Shown: in pieces, positions 56,401 to 64,000 of the stretch
Position numbering within the stretch: the stretch's first letter is position 1
Layout of the letters: every line of letters starts with the position of its first letter
NCBI RefSeq assembly: GCF_011006175.1
Contig: NZ_CP048795.1
Span: 1,168,491 to 1,232,490, forward strand
Direction: 5' to 3'
DNA: 64,000 nt
Source: Pampinifervens florentissimum
Lineage (GTDB): Bacteria; Aquificota; Aquificia; Aquificales; Aquificaceae
Position numbers and translations under genes: made by a program
The notes under the pieces: model-generated
The model's input: only the letters and a program-made list of their open reading frames with translations
Told to the model about the DNA's origin: nothing
Databases searched by the model: none

Positions 56401-57222
56401 ATGAAGCTGTTGATTCTGGTTATCTTCATACTTAACATTGCCTTCACCAAAGTGGTAGCGCGCATAGATAAGGAGCAAATAACCTCCACCGAGGTCCAAC
56501 AAGCCTTTAATGCATACTGGAGGGAAATACTACATTTACCCATAGCAAGAGCTACACGCAGAGACCTTCAAGAGTTTCTTGTAGAGTATGTAAGAAGCAA
56601 GATAATACAGATGGAAGCCAAGAGGATGGGGATATCCGTTAGCCCGCAGGAATTTGAGGAGTATGTGGAAAGGCATGTAGGTAGTAAGCGTCTAAGTGAT
56701 GTAGCGAAAGAGCTTATAACTACAGAGATACTAAGCCAAAAAATAATAAGCAGGATGGCAAAAGACCTTGACGTTAAGGAGGGACAGATAACCGCATACT
56801 ATTACCTTAACCTAAGGGATTTTAAACTTCCCGCTCAAGTTCTCTTGGAAAGATACACAACAAGTAGCCTTGATACCGCTAACGAGGTATATTACAGCCT
56901 TTCAAGAGGACAGGTTGTTAGAGATGTGGAAGCAAGGGTAGGTCAGCCCATGTGGTATTCTATCCAGACATTACCAGAGATAGTAAGACGCCAGCTGTAT
57001 CCCTACGAAGTAGGCAAGACCACAAGACCTATAGAGGTGGGTGAAAGCTACGTTGTCTTTAGGGTGGCGGACAAGAGGGGAAGTGGTATAATGCCCCTTG
57101 AGGAGGCAAAACCCATAGTAAGAGAAAAGCTCCTTAGAGAAAAAAGGCAGGAGGTGTTCCGGAGATGGTTTCAGGAGGTCTCAAAAAGATACTCGGTGGA
57201 GTTTTACTTTGGACAACTTTGA
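56401..57222 (+). CDS. SurA/PpiD-like periplasmic chaperone with degenerate parvulin domain
   Basis: Signal peptide, SurA-N-like helical domain, C-terminal parvulin-like segment. Confidence 0.5.
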   Translation: MKLLILVIFILNIAFTKVVARIDKEQITSTEVQQAFNAYWREILHLPIARATRRDLQEFLVEYVRSKIIQMEAKRMGISVSPQEFEEYVERHVGSKRLSDVAKELITTEILSQKIISRMAKDLDVKEGQITAYYYLNLRDFKLPAQVLLERYTTSSLDTANEVYYSLSRGQVVRDVEARVGQPMWYSIQTLPEIVRRQLYPYEVGKTTRPIEVGESYVVFRVADKRGSGIMPLEEAKPIVREKLLREKRQEVFRRWFQEVSKRYSVEFYFGQL

Positions 57223-58007
57223 GCTTTTCTGCGGTTCTTGTGGACAAGGTGGTAGCTTCTGTAAACTCAGAACCAATACTTGAGAGCGACATTAAGATGG
57301 GTATGCTTTATTATGCGACCGCAGATAGAAAGCAGGTTCTGGATAAACTCGTAAATGATATGCTTTTCTATCAGTTCCTCGTGGGAAGAGGACTGCAGGT
57401 TCCTCCTGAACTTATAGAGGAGGCTATCCAGAATATTGCAAGAGCAAACAGAACGTCCCTCGAGGGTATAGCCCAAGAGCTGACAAAGGAGGGTCTAACC
57501 CTTCAGGACCTAAGAAGGTTCTTAGAGAGAGAGCTTTTAGCTACACAGGGGCTTAGTGCCTTCCTTGAGAGGGAGGTTAAGGTTTCCGATGTGGAGCTTG
57601 AGTTGGAAAAGCTAAAAAGTGGTAATGTAAAGGTGGTCAGAGACATAGAACTCCTTGTAATAGACAGAAAGGATGAGGGAAAGTTAAAGGCTACCTTTAA
57701 CCCTGAAAAGCCACTTGAAATATTAGCTAATGAAATGGGCTTAAACCTGGAAAGGTTAAGGGTTGGAAAGGGTGAATTGGTTGATGATCTGGACAAAGAA
57801 GTCTGGAAGGCAAGCCCAGGACAACTTGTGTTCGCAGAAGACAAAGACCATATATACATAGCAAAGGTTATAGCTCAGGGGGAGCTAACTGAAGGTAAAA
57901 GCCCAGAGGAGCTGAGGCAGGAGATACTTCTTAGGAAGATAGAAGCCAGAAGACAGGAACTTCTTGAGAGGCTAAGAAGAAACAGCTTTATAAAGATAAT
58001 CCAGTAG
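57165..58007 (+). CDS. SurA N-terminal-domain periplasmic chaperone paralog
   Basis: Signal peptide. SurA_N-like region (ILESDIKMGMLYYA…). Overlaps the previous gene by 58 nt. Confidence 0.5.
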   Translation: MVSGGLKKILGGVLLWTTLSFSAVLVDKVVASVNSEPILESDIKMGMLYYATADRKQVLDKLVNDMLFYQFLVGRGLQVPPELIEEAIQNIARANRTSLEGIAQELTKEGLTLQDLRRFLERELLATQGLSAFLEREVKVSDVELELEKLKSGNVKVVRDIELLVIDRKDEGKLKATFNPEKPLEILANEMGLNLERLRVGKGELVDDLDKEVWKASPGQLVFAEDKDHIYIAKVIAQGELTEGKSPEELRQEILLRKIEARRQELLERLRRNSFIKIIQ

Positions 58008-58769
58008 TTCTGAGAGGCTATCAAAAACCAAGTCTGGGGTAAAGCTCACCTTTGATAGCTCTTCCTTTTTGTATTTACCCGTAGTCATAAAAACCGTTTT
58101 TATACCGAGCTCCTTTGCACCCACAAGGTCTGTGTATATATCGTCGCTTACCAAATATACTTCACTACCCCTTAACCCCTCAAGGGCGTATCTTATAAAC
58201 TCCTCAGAAGGTTTGCCAAGATTAGGTAGAGCCTCGTCATATTTAGAAGCATGAGCTATAGCTGTAGCAATTGACCCTGCTCCCGGAAAGTAAAGCCCAT
58301 CATCGTCCTTTACAATTCTACTTAAATTTATGGGAATTAGCTTAGCACCTTTTAGAAAAACCGCAGAGGTGGCAATTTTTAGCTTGTTAAAGTCAAGGTT
58401 TCTATCTTGTCCTATCACTACCGCATCCACCATATAGTCCTGAGCTACCTCAAAGCCAAGAGTTCTTATGTATTCTTCTACCACAGGCATGCCTATAAAG
58501 AAGAGCCTCTTTACACCTTGAGCTTTAAGGTAGTCTCCAAGGATGGACAGGGGTGAAATAAATTCCTCCTTTTGAAGTTCCACACCTTTCCTTTTTAGTT
58601 CTTCTATTAGTTTATCTGGCGGTCTTGTGGAATTGTTAGAAACCACTCTAAAGGGAATGTTCAGCTTTCTTATGTTTTGTAGGAATTCAACGGTGTCCTC
58701 AAAGGGGTTCAAAGCCTTATCCTTTACTAAAACTCCGTCAAGGTCAAGGAGTAAAACTGGCAACTTCAT
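57972..58769 (-). CDS. HAD-IIA family sugar-phosphatase (NagD-like)
   Basis: LLDLDGVL motif I, SNNSTR motif II, GD…D motif IV. Confidence 0.75.
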   Translation of the reverse strand: MKLPVLLLDLDGVLVKDKALNPFEDTVEFLQNIRKLNIPFRVVSNNSTRPPDKLIEELKRKGVELQKEEFISPLSILGDYLKAQGVKRLFFIGMPVVEEYIRTLGFEVAQDYMVDAVVIGQDRNLDFNKLKIATSAVFLKGAKLIPINLSRIVKDDDGLYFPGAGSIATAIAHASKYDEALPNLGKPSEEFIRYALEGLRGSEVYLVSDDIYTDLVGAKELGIKTVFMTTGKYKKEELSKVSFTPDLVFDSLSELLDYLYKAVSS

Positions 58770-59008
58770 TGCTTAAAGGGTATACTAATCCAAAGCTCAT
58801 CAAAATCGTCTTTGTCTTTTCTTATATCTACTTCTATCTTGTTAACTTCAAACTGTGGATATTTGGAAAACACTGATATAAGGTCATCCTTAAGTCTATC
58901 AACGAAGTTGGGTGGAAGACCTTTTCTTTCATAAGATAAAACAAGAGTAAGTCTTCTCTTTGCCTCATCTTTGCTCTTACCTCTGTTGAAGAAAAGGTCC
59001 CATATCAT
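58766..59008 (-). CDS. minE: Cell division topological specificity factor MinE
   Basis: 80 aa. KDEAKRRLTLVLSYERKGLPPNF is typical MinE. Confidence 0.85.
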   Translation of the reverse strand: MIWDLFFNRGKSKDEAKRRLTLVLSYERKGLPPNFVDRLKDDLISVFSKYPQFEVNKIEVDIRKDKDDFDELWISIPFKQ

Positions 59009-59010
59009 AC

Positions 59011-59799
59011 CTATCTCCCTAAGAGCTTTTCAATAAGCCCCCTCTTCTCTCCATAGCGGACCATAGGAACATCCTCACCCTCAATCCTTTTTGCCATATC
59101 TATGATAGCCTTTGATGCGTTATAGTCCTTTGACAGAACTATAGGTTCACCTCTGTTGGTAAAGTCCACAAGTTTTGGTTCTTCTGGCACTATACCTATG
59201 GGTTGGGCTTTTAATATGTCCACTATGTCTTCCACTGAGAGCATCTCGCCCTTTTTCACACTTTCCCACTTTATCCTGTTTATGACAAGGTAGTATTCTT
59301 TTTTACCCATGTTTTCTAACAGTCCAATTATCCTGTCCGCATCCCTTATTGAAGAAACTTCAGGATTTACCACTACAAGTGCTTTATCTGCTGGCAAGGA
59401 AGCTATCTGAAAACCCTGCTCTATACCTGCAGGGGAGTCTATGAATATGTAATCGTATTCGCCAGACTCTTTCACCCTGTTTATAAGGTCAACCCACCTG
59501 TCTCTGTCTATGGCATCCTTATTTCTTGTCTGGTTTGCGGGGAGTAGCCACAGGCTCAGCCCCCTTTTATCTTTTACGAGAGCCTTGTGAAACTCCACCC
59601 TACCCTCAAGCACATCAAGCACATCATAAACTATTCTGTTCTCAAGCCCCAGTATCATATCAAGGTTTCTAAGTCCTATGTCCGCATCCACCGCAAGAAC
59701 TTTTTTTCCAAAACTTGCCAAAGCAACGCTGAGATTGGCTGTTATGGTGGTTTTACCTACGCCTCCCTTTCCAGATGTAACAACAAAGACTATACTCAT
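59011..59799 (-). CDS. minD: Septum site-determining ATPase MinD
   Basis: VVTSGKGGVGKTT deviant Walker A. 262 aa. Confidence 0.95.
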   Translation of the reverse strand: MSIVFVVTSGKGGVGKTTITANLSVALASFGKKVLAVDADIGLRNLDMILGLENRIVYDVLDVLEGRVEFHKALVKDKRGLSLWLLPANQTRNKDAIDRDRWVDLINRVKESGEYDYIFIDSPAGIEQGFQIASLPADKALVVVNPEVSSIRDADRIIGLLENMGKKEYYLVINRIKWESVKKGEMLSVEDIVDILKAQPIGIVPEEPKLVDFTNRGEPIVLSKDYNASKAIIDMAKRIEGEDVPMVRYGEKRGLIEKLLGR

Positions 59800-60375
59800 C
59801 TATACCCTCTCAAGTATTATATTACCATCTTCAACTTTTGCAATTTCAGGATAGCCTGGGGATTTTCTTTCCTCTTCGTTTAATATGGCTACTTTTTTAC
59901 CTATTCTTATCTGCTGTGGTTCCATTTCCAGGGCAACTACCACCGCATCTTCATCTCCCAAAGCTCCTGCTATGGCAATGCCTCTTAGCTTACCCATCAC
60001 TATTATGTTTCCAGTTGCCACTACCTGTGCGTCCTTATTTACATCTCCAAGCACCAAAATATCTCCGTTGTGTTCCACCCTCTGACCAGACCTAAGGTGT
60101 TTCTGAACTACCATTAGCCTTTCCCTTTTTGTGTCTCCCAAACCTGAAAGACTAAGCTTCTTTACGCTTTTTATATTTCTCTCTGTAAGGGCTTTTTCTA
60201 TTTTTTCAATTTCCTCCTTCTTAAGCAAACCCTTTCCATCTATTAGCACGTAGCTACCTTCAAAGAGTTTTGAGGAAAGTTTCTGCTCTATCTCTTCTAC
60301 GAGAGAGTTTACATTTTCCCCTTCTTTTATTTCTACCAACACAACGGGAAGGGTTATTCCTCTTATCTCTACCAT
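59800..60375 (-). CDS. minC: Septum site-determining protein MinC
   Basis: C-terminal beta-helix motifs (GDVNKDAQVVATGNIIVMGKLRGIAIAG). Directly upstream of minD. Confidence 0.8.
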   Translation of the reverse strand: MVEIRGITLPVVLVEIKEGENVNSLVEEIEQKLSSKLFEGSYVLIDGKGLLKKEEIEKIEKALTERNIKSVKKLSLSGLGDTKRERLMVVQKHLRSGQRVEHNGDILVLGDVNKDAQVVATGNIIVMGKLRGIAIAGALGDEDAVVVALEMEPQQIRIGKKVAILNEEERKSPGYPEIAKVEDGNIILERV

Positions 60376-60383
60376 GTTTTTAT

Positions 60384-60459
60384 TGGCTCCGGGGGAGGGA
60401 CTCGAACCCCCAACCTGACGGTTAACAGCCGCCTGCTCTGCCGGTTGAGCTACCCCGGA
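60384..60459 (-). tRNA. tRNA-Asn (anticodon GTT), CCA encoded
   Basis: Reverse complement TCCGGGGTAGCTCAACCGGCAGAGCAGGCGGCTGTTAACCGTCAGGTTGGGGGTTCGAGTCCCTCCCCCGGAGCCA folds as a cloverleaf. Anticodon loop CTGTTAA. Confidence 0.85.
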
Positions 60460-60507
60460 TTCATAGATATATTATACACCTCTTTTACCCTTTGGTATAC
60501 TTTTATC

Positions 60508-61653
60508 GTGCTGAAAAACTGGGATGGGTGGATAGTCTTTAGCCTCTTAGCCTTATTTTTAATAGGAGAAACTGTCATAATCAGCGTGAACGTGGTTCCA
60601 TATCTCGTGGACTCTTATCAAAAGCTGAGCCTATACAAAAAGCCACTCCTTCAGTTTATGGTTTTCTCCATAGGCTTTCTGCTGGCAAGCCTTTTGGCAA
60701 GACTGGACTACAAAAAATATATGAGTGGGGCTATTCCCTATCTGATTTCCCTTATCACTATCCTGAGCCTTCTTTTTGTTTTTATAAAAAAACTCTTAAC
60801 CGGCAGGTCTGTGGACAGGTGGCTTTTCGGGGGTAGCATACAACCCCTTGAATTTGCCAAAATTGCACTTGTTGTGTTTTTTTCCTATTACATAGTTCGT
60901 AAGGGAAATCTTAGACAGTGGAGACATCTCTTCTGGGCTCTGCTTTTTCCCTTGTTTATAGCTCTTTTACTTCTTGCACAACCTGACAAGGGTGGAGCGG
61001 TTTTTATACTTCTTATGACTGCCCTTATGGTTTATGTAGGTGGTGTTCCAAAAAGGGTTTATCCTCTTGTGTTCCCTCTGTTTTCTCTTATGGTTTACTA
61101 CATACTTACCTCAAAAGGCTATGTGGCGGAAAGACTTTCCGCATGGAAAGATCCCTTTTTAGACCCAGAAGATAGCGGATATCAGATAATACAGTCCCTT
61201 TATGCACTTGCAAGAGGTGGTTTTATGGGTGTGGGTGTGGGTCAGGGGCTTCAAAAGATGGGTTCTTTGCCAGCTTCAGACACGGACTATATAATCGCAG
61301 TCATTGGAGAGGAGATGGGCTTTCTTGGGATTTTTGTGGTTATAGTCCTTTATGCCATATTAGTGGGAAGGTTGCTATGGTATGCCTTAATGGCAAAGGA
61401 GCATATGGAGAAACTCTTGCTTTTTGGAACTGCCACGAACTTTGCCCTGTCCTTTCTGTGGAACCTTGCCATGGTCTCAAACCTTATACCCCCCAAGGGC
61501 ATAGCCCTGCCCTTTGTAAGCTATGGACCCTCTAATCTTTTGGCTTCTCTCCTGTTTCTTGGCATAGCCCAGTCTGTCATAAACCATCAAGAAAGAAGTC
61601 TTTCAAGCCCCCTAAGAACATCATCCACACCCACCATACTTAAGCACGCTTGA
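60508..61653 (+). CDS. SEDS-family peptidoglycan glycosyltransferase (RodA/FtsW). Start uncertain; placed at a GTG after the tRNA.
   Basis: 10 TM helices. SEDS motifs (GGSIQPLEFAKI, ASDTDYIIAVIGEEMGF). Confidence 0.75.
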   Translation: MLKNWDGWIVFSLLALFLIGETVIISVNVVPYLVDSYQKLSLYKKPLLQFMVFSIGFLLASLLARLDYKKYMSGAIPYLISLITILSLLFVFIKKLLTGRSVDRWLFGGSIQPLEFAKIALVVFFSYYIVRKGNLRQWRHLFWALLFPLFIALLLLAQPDKGGAVFILLMTALMVYVGGVPKRVYPLVFPLFSLMVYYILTSKGYVAERLSAWKDPFLDPEDSGYQIIQSLYALARGGFMGVGVGQGLQKMGSLPASDTDYIIAVIGEEMGFLGIFVVIVLYAILVGRLLWYALMAKEHMEKLLLFGTATNFALSFLWNLAMVSNLIPPKGIALPFVSYGPSNLLASLLFLGIAQSVINHQERSLSSPLRTSSTPTILKHA

Positions 61654-62531
61654 GTCCCTGTCCTACATACCTTAGGGTTTGGTGAGCAGGGAGAACAATA
61701 AAGCTCAGGTTTAACATAATCACCTATTAGAGGGTAAAAGCCGTAATCTGGAGAGGTTGCGGTATATACACTAAGGGCTGGTATGCCAAGGGCGTTGGCT
61801 ATATGCACTGGCGATGAGTCGCAGGAGACGACCCCTTTGGAGAGGCTTATCACCGCCATAAGCTCCCTTAGGGAGGTCTTGCCCACGAGGTTTAAAGAGC
61901 TTGTCTTATCAAAGATTTCAGCCCTGTGCCTATCTCTTTCTGTCCCAACCACTACCGAGGGTATTCCGAGCCTTTTGACAAGCTCTACCCATCCTTCAAG
62001 GCTCCATTCCTTTAACCTAAAGTTGGAGAAGGGAGAGAGCACTACAAAGTCCTCTGGAAGTTTAAATTTGTCTTTAACCTGCCCTTTTTCCTCCTCTAAC
62101 ACAGAGAGGTATGGCATTCTTTCAAAGTTCTTTATACCCAGAGGTCTCAAAAGTTCAAGGTTTCTGTCCACCTCATGGAGTTCCCACCTGTGTCTTACGG
62201 TGTGCGTGTAAAGCCACCTTAGCTCTGACCGGTCAAAGCCAACCCTCATTGGCACGCCGGCGAAAAAGAGTATGAGGGCGCTCCTTGCGGATATGTGAGG
62301 GCTTATGGCCACATGGTAATCCCTTATCTTCTCCACTATTTCAAAGCTCTCCCACAGCCCTTTGTCAAAGGTGATAAGCTCCACGTCCAATCCTCTTAGT
62401 AAATCCCTAATAAAGCTCCTGCCCACGAAGGCAATACGGGAAGATGGGAAGGTTTTTCTAAGGGTTCTTATAAGGGGTGTGGCAAGCACCACATCCCCCA
62501 GATAGGCTGTCTGCCATATGAGTATGTTCAT
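61587..62531 (-). CDS. ADP-heptose:LPS heptosyltransferase (GT9 family)
   Basis: MNILIWQTAYLGDVVLATPLIRTL N-terminus. CDSSPVHIANALGIPALSVY C-terminal motif. Confidence 0.8.
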   Translation of the reverse strand: MNILIWQTAYLGDVVLATPLIRTLRKTFPSSRIAFVGRSFIRDLLRGLDVELITFDKGLWESFEIVEKIRDYHVAISPHISARSALILFFAGVPMRVGFDRSELRWLYTHTVRHRWELHEVDRNLELLRPLGIKNFERMPYLSVLEEEKGQVKDKFKLPEDFVVLSPFSNFRLKEWSLEGWVELVKRLGIPSVVVGTERDRHRAEIFDKTSSLNLVGKTSLRELMAVISLSKGVVSCDSSPVHIANALGIPALSVYTATSPDYGFYPLIGDYVKPELYCSPCSPNPKVCRTGTQACLSMVGVDDVLRGLERLLS

Positions 62532-62956
62532 TTAATGCCCGAGATGCTGGCTATCCTCCACCTCTTTTCGTCCTTTATCACTATAAAGGTGAAAATCTTC
62601 TCAACACCCTCTTTGTCCACGACCTTCACTATGACCTCCGCATGCTTGTCATCTATCCTGCTTGCATCAAGCACCTTTATCTTCTTTATGTTCTCCCCCA
62701 TAGAGGACAGAAGACAGGCGAGCACTTCTGATGGCTTCATCTCTGTAAGCTGAAGAGGCAGTTTTACATCCTGCACAAGGGCATCCCTGAAGGGTGGATA
62801 AAGGAGCTTTACCGCTTCCCTGCCTTCCCCATCCCTTATGTTTTCAATAAAATCCTTTACTATGCTCTTTGCGGACTTTTCTGGGTTTTCTTCGCAAGAC
62901 TTGAAAACAAAAAAGGCAAGGAGCACCGCTCCAACTGCGATGGCAACCTTTTTCAT
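62528..62956 (-). CDS. Hypothetical lipoprotein
   Basis: Signal peptide with FKSC lipobox-like site. 142 aa. Confidence 0.35.
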   Translation of the reverse strand: MKKVAIAVGAVLLAFFVFKSCEENPEKSAKSIVKDFIENIRDGEGREAVKLLYPPFRDALVQDVKLPLQLTEMKPSEVLACLLSSMGENIKKIKVLDASRIDDKHAEVIVKVVDKEGVEKIFTFIVIKDEKRWRIASISGIK

Positions 62957-64000
62957 AGCCTTACCTCCTCTATGAGAAATTTATGGATTGCTTGTGCGGA
63001 CTTTCTGCCTTCTGAAAGAGCTCTGACCACTGTGTCTCCCCCATTTACCGCATCACCTCCTGCAAAAAGACCTTTTATAGAGGTTCTAAAATTCTCATCC
63101 ACTTTAATAGTTCCCCATTTTGTAAGTTCAAGACCCGGCATGTCTTCATAGGCTATGGGATTAGCCTTTTGACCTATGGCGAATATTACAGAATCGCACT
63201 CAATAACGTGCTCTGAGCCTTCCACCGGCACAGGTCTTGGTCTTCCACTCTCGTCTGGCTCACCCAAGGTCATCTTTATGCACTTGAGACCTACCACATT
63301 ACCCTTGTCATCCCCTATTATCTCTATAGGTTGAGTGAGCCAGTGTATTATAGCACCCTCTTCTGAGATGTGGTCCCACTCCTCTTGGCGAGCGGAAGAG
63401 GTTTCCCTTGTTCTTCTGTAAACCACATGGGTTTCCACACCAAGCCTAAGAGCGGTTATGGCACAGTCCACTGCGGTAAAGCCACCACCTATTATGGCGG
63501 TTCTTTTGCCAAGGTTTACCGGTGTTCCACTTTGAGGGAACAGGTCAGCTCTTACAAGCCCAACCCTTGTAAGCACCTCTATGGCAGAATAGACCCCCTT
63601 AAGATGGTCTCCTCTTATTCCCAGAGAACCCCTGCCCGCACCCACACCCAAAAAGACCGCATGGTATCTTTCCAAAAGTTCCGATAGCTTTATGGTTCTT
63701 CCTACCACGTAGCCAAAGAAGAACTTCACTCCAAGCCTTTCAAGCCTTTTTATTTCCCAATTGAGAAGGTCTCTTGGAAGCCTTGCATGAGGTATGCCAT
63801 ATGCCATCACACCACCAGCCTCTGGTAAGGCTTCAAAGACATGAACCTCATGCCCCCACTTGGCAAGGTCGTAAGCACATGCAAGCCCCGCCGGTCCTGC
63901 ACCCACCACTGCTACCCTGTAGCCTGTTAGCTCCGCCCTCTCCGTGTCCACGTCAAGACCTGATATTCTTATAAAATCTCCCACGAACTTCTCCAAAGCA
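62953..64000 (-). CDS. GltD-like NAD(P)H-dependent FAD oxidoreductase, C-terminal ~350 aa. The N-terminus lies beyond the window end.
   Basis: RVAVVGAGPAGLACAYDL and AIIGGGFTAVDCAI dinucleotide motifs, GGDAVNGG. The frame is open at the window edge. Confidence 0.7.
   Translation of the reverse strand, partial: ALEKFVGDFIRISGLDVDTERAELTGYRVAVVGAGPAGLACAYDLAKWGHEVHVFEALPEAGGVMAYGIPHARLPRDLLNWEIKRLERLGVKFFFGYVVGRTIKLSELLERYHAVFLGVGAGRGSLGIRGDHLKGVYSAIEVLTRVGLVRADLFPQSGTPVNLGKRTAIIGGGFTAVDCAITALRLGVETHVVYRRTRETSSARQEEWDHISEEGAIIHWLTQPIEIIGDDKGNVVGLKCIKMTLGEPDESGRPRPVPVEGSEHVIECDSVIFAIGQKANPIAYEDMPGLELTKWGTIKVDENFRTSIKGLFAGGDAVNGGDTVVRALSEGRKSAQAIHKFLIEEVRL

Noticed and set aside
59587-60095. Plus-strand ORFs (59587-59883, 59838-60095, 59885-60085) across minD/minC
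   Set aside because: Antisense to the conserved minCD coding sequence.
60445-60507. ATG start of the SEDS gene at 60445
   Set aside because: It lies inside the antisense tRNA-Asn gene (60384-60459). A GTG at 60508 just past the tRNA is the more plausible start.

Overview
Gene-dense window (~90% coding, ~45% GC) with protein sequences that look Aquificae-like (Aquifex/Hydrogenobacter/Thermocrinis-type). That taxonomic placement is an inference from sequence similarity, not a database hit.

Housekeeping blocks include purL'-lspA-gatC-recA-pilT-cmk-aroB'(DHQ synthase II)-murE-gnd-zwf, dnaE, comM, bioB, kdsC-lptC-lptA, thrS, minCDE, and a modABC-phoU-histidine kinase cluster.

Four accessory or unusual loci stand out:
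- A complete type I CRISPR-Cas locus at 10.0-18.9 kb: cas7-cas5-cas8-cas3-cas4-cas1-cas2 on the minus strand, a divergent cas6, a 3-repeat array, and a leader-adjacent RHH gene. A strong internal RBS + ATG inside cas8 predicts a hidden Cas11.
- A selenocysteine-containing periplasmic formate dehydrogenase operon (fdnG with in-frame TGA, then fdnH, fdnI, sodC, fdhE, gcvH-like), followed directly by tRNA-Sec (selC).
- A family-1 encapsulin shell gene whose stop overlaps (GTGA) the start of a 614-aa VWA/MIDAS (NorD/CobT-like) protein, with no canonical cargo carrying a targeting peptide nearby.
- A 640-bp non-coding region (27476-28113) packed with 12 or more GAATTTCACA/TGTGAAATTC motifs, four copies of a 37-bp composite repeat and an AT-rich tract. 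It may be an origin, an iteron array or an operator array.

Two tRNAs were found: tRNA-Sec (+) and tRNA-Asn (-).
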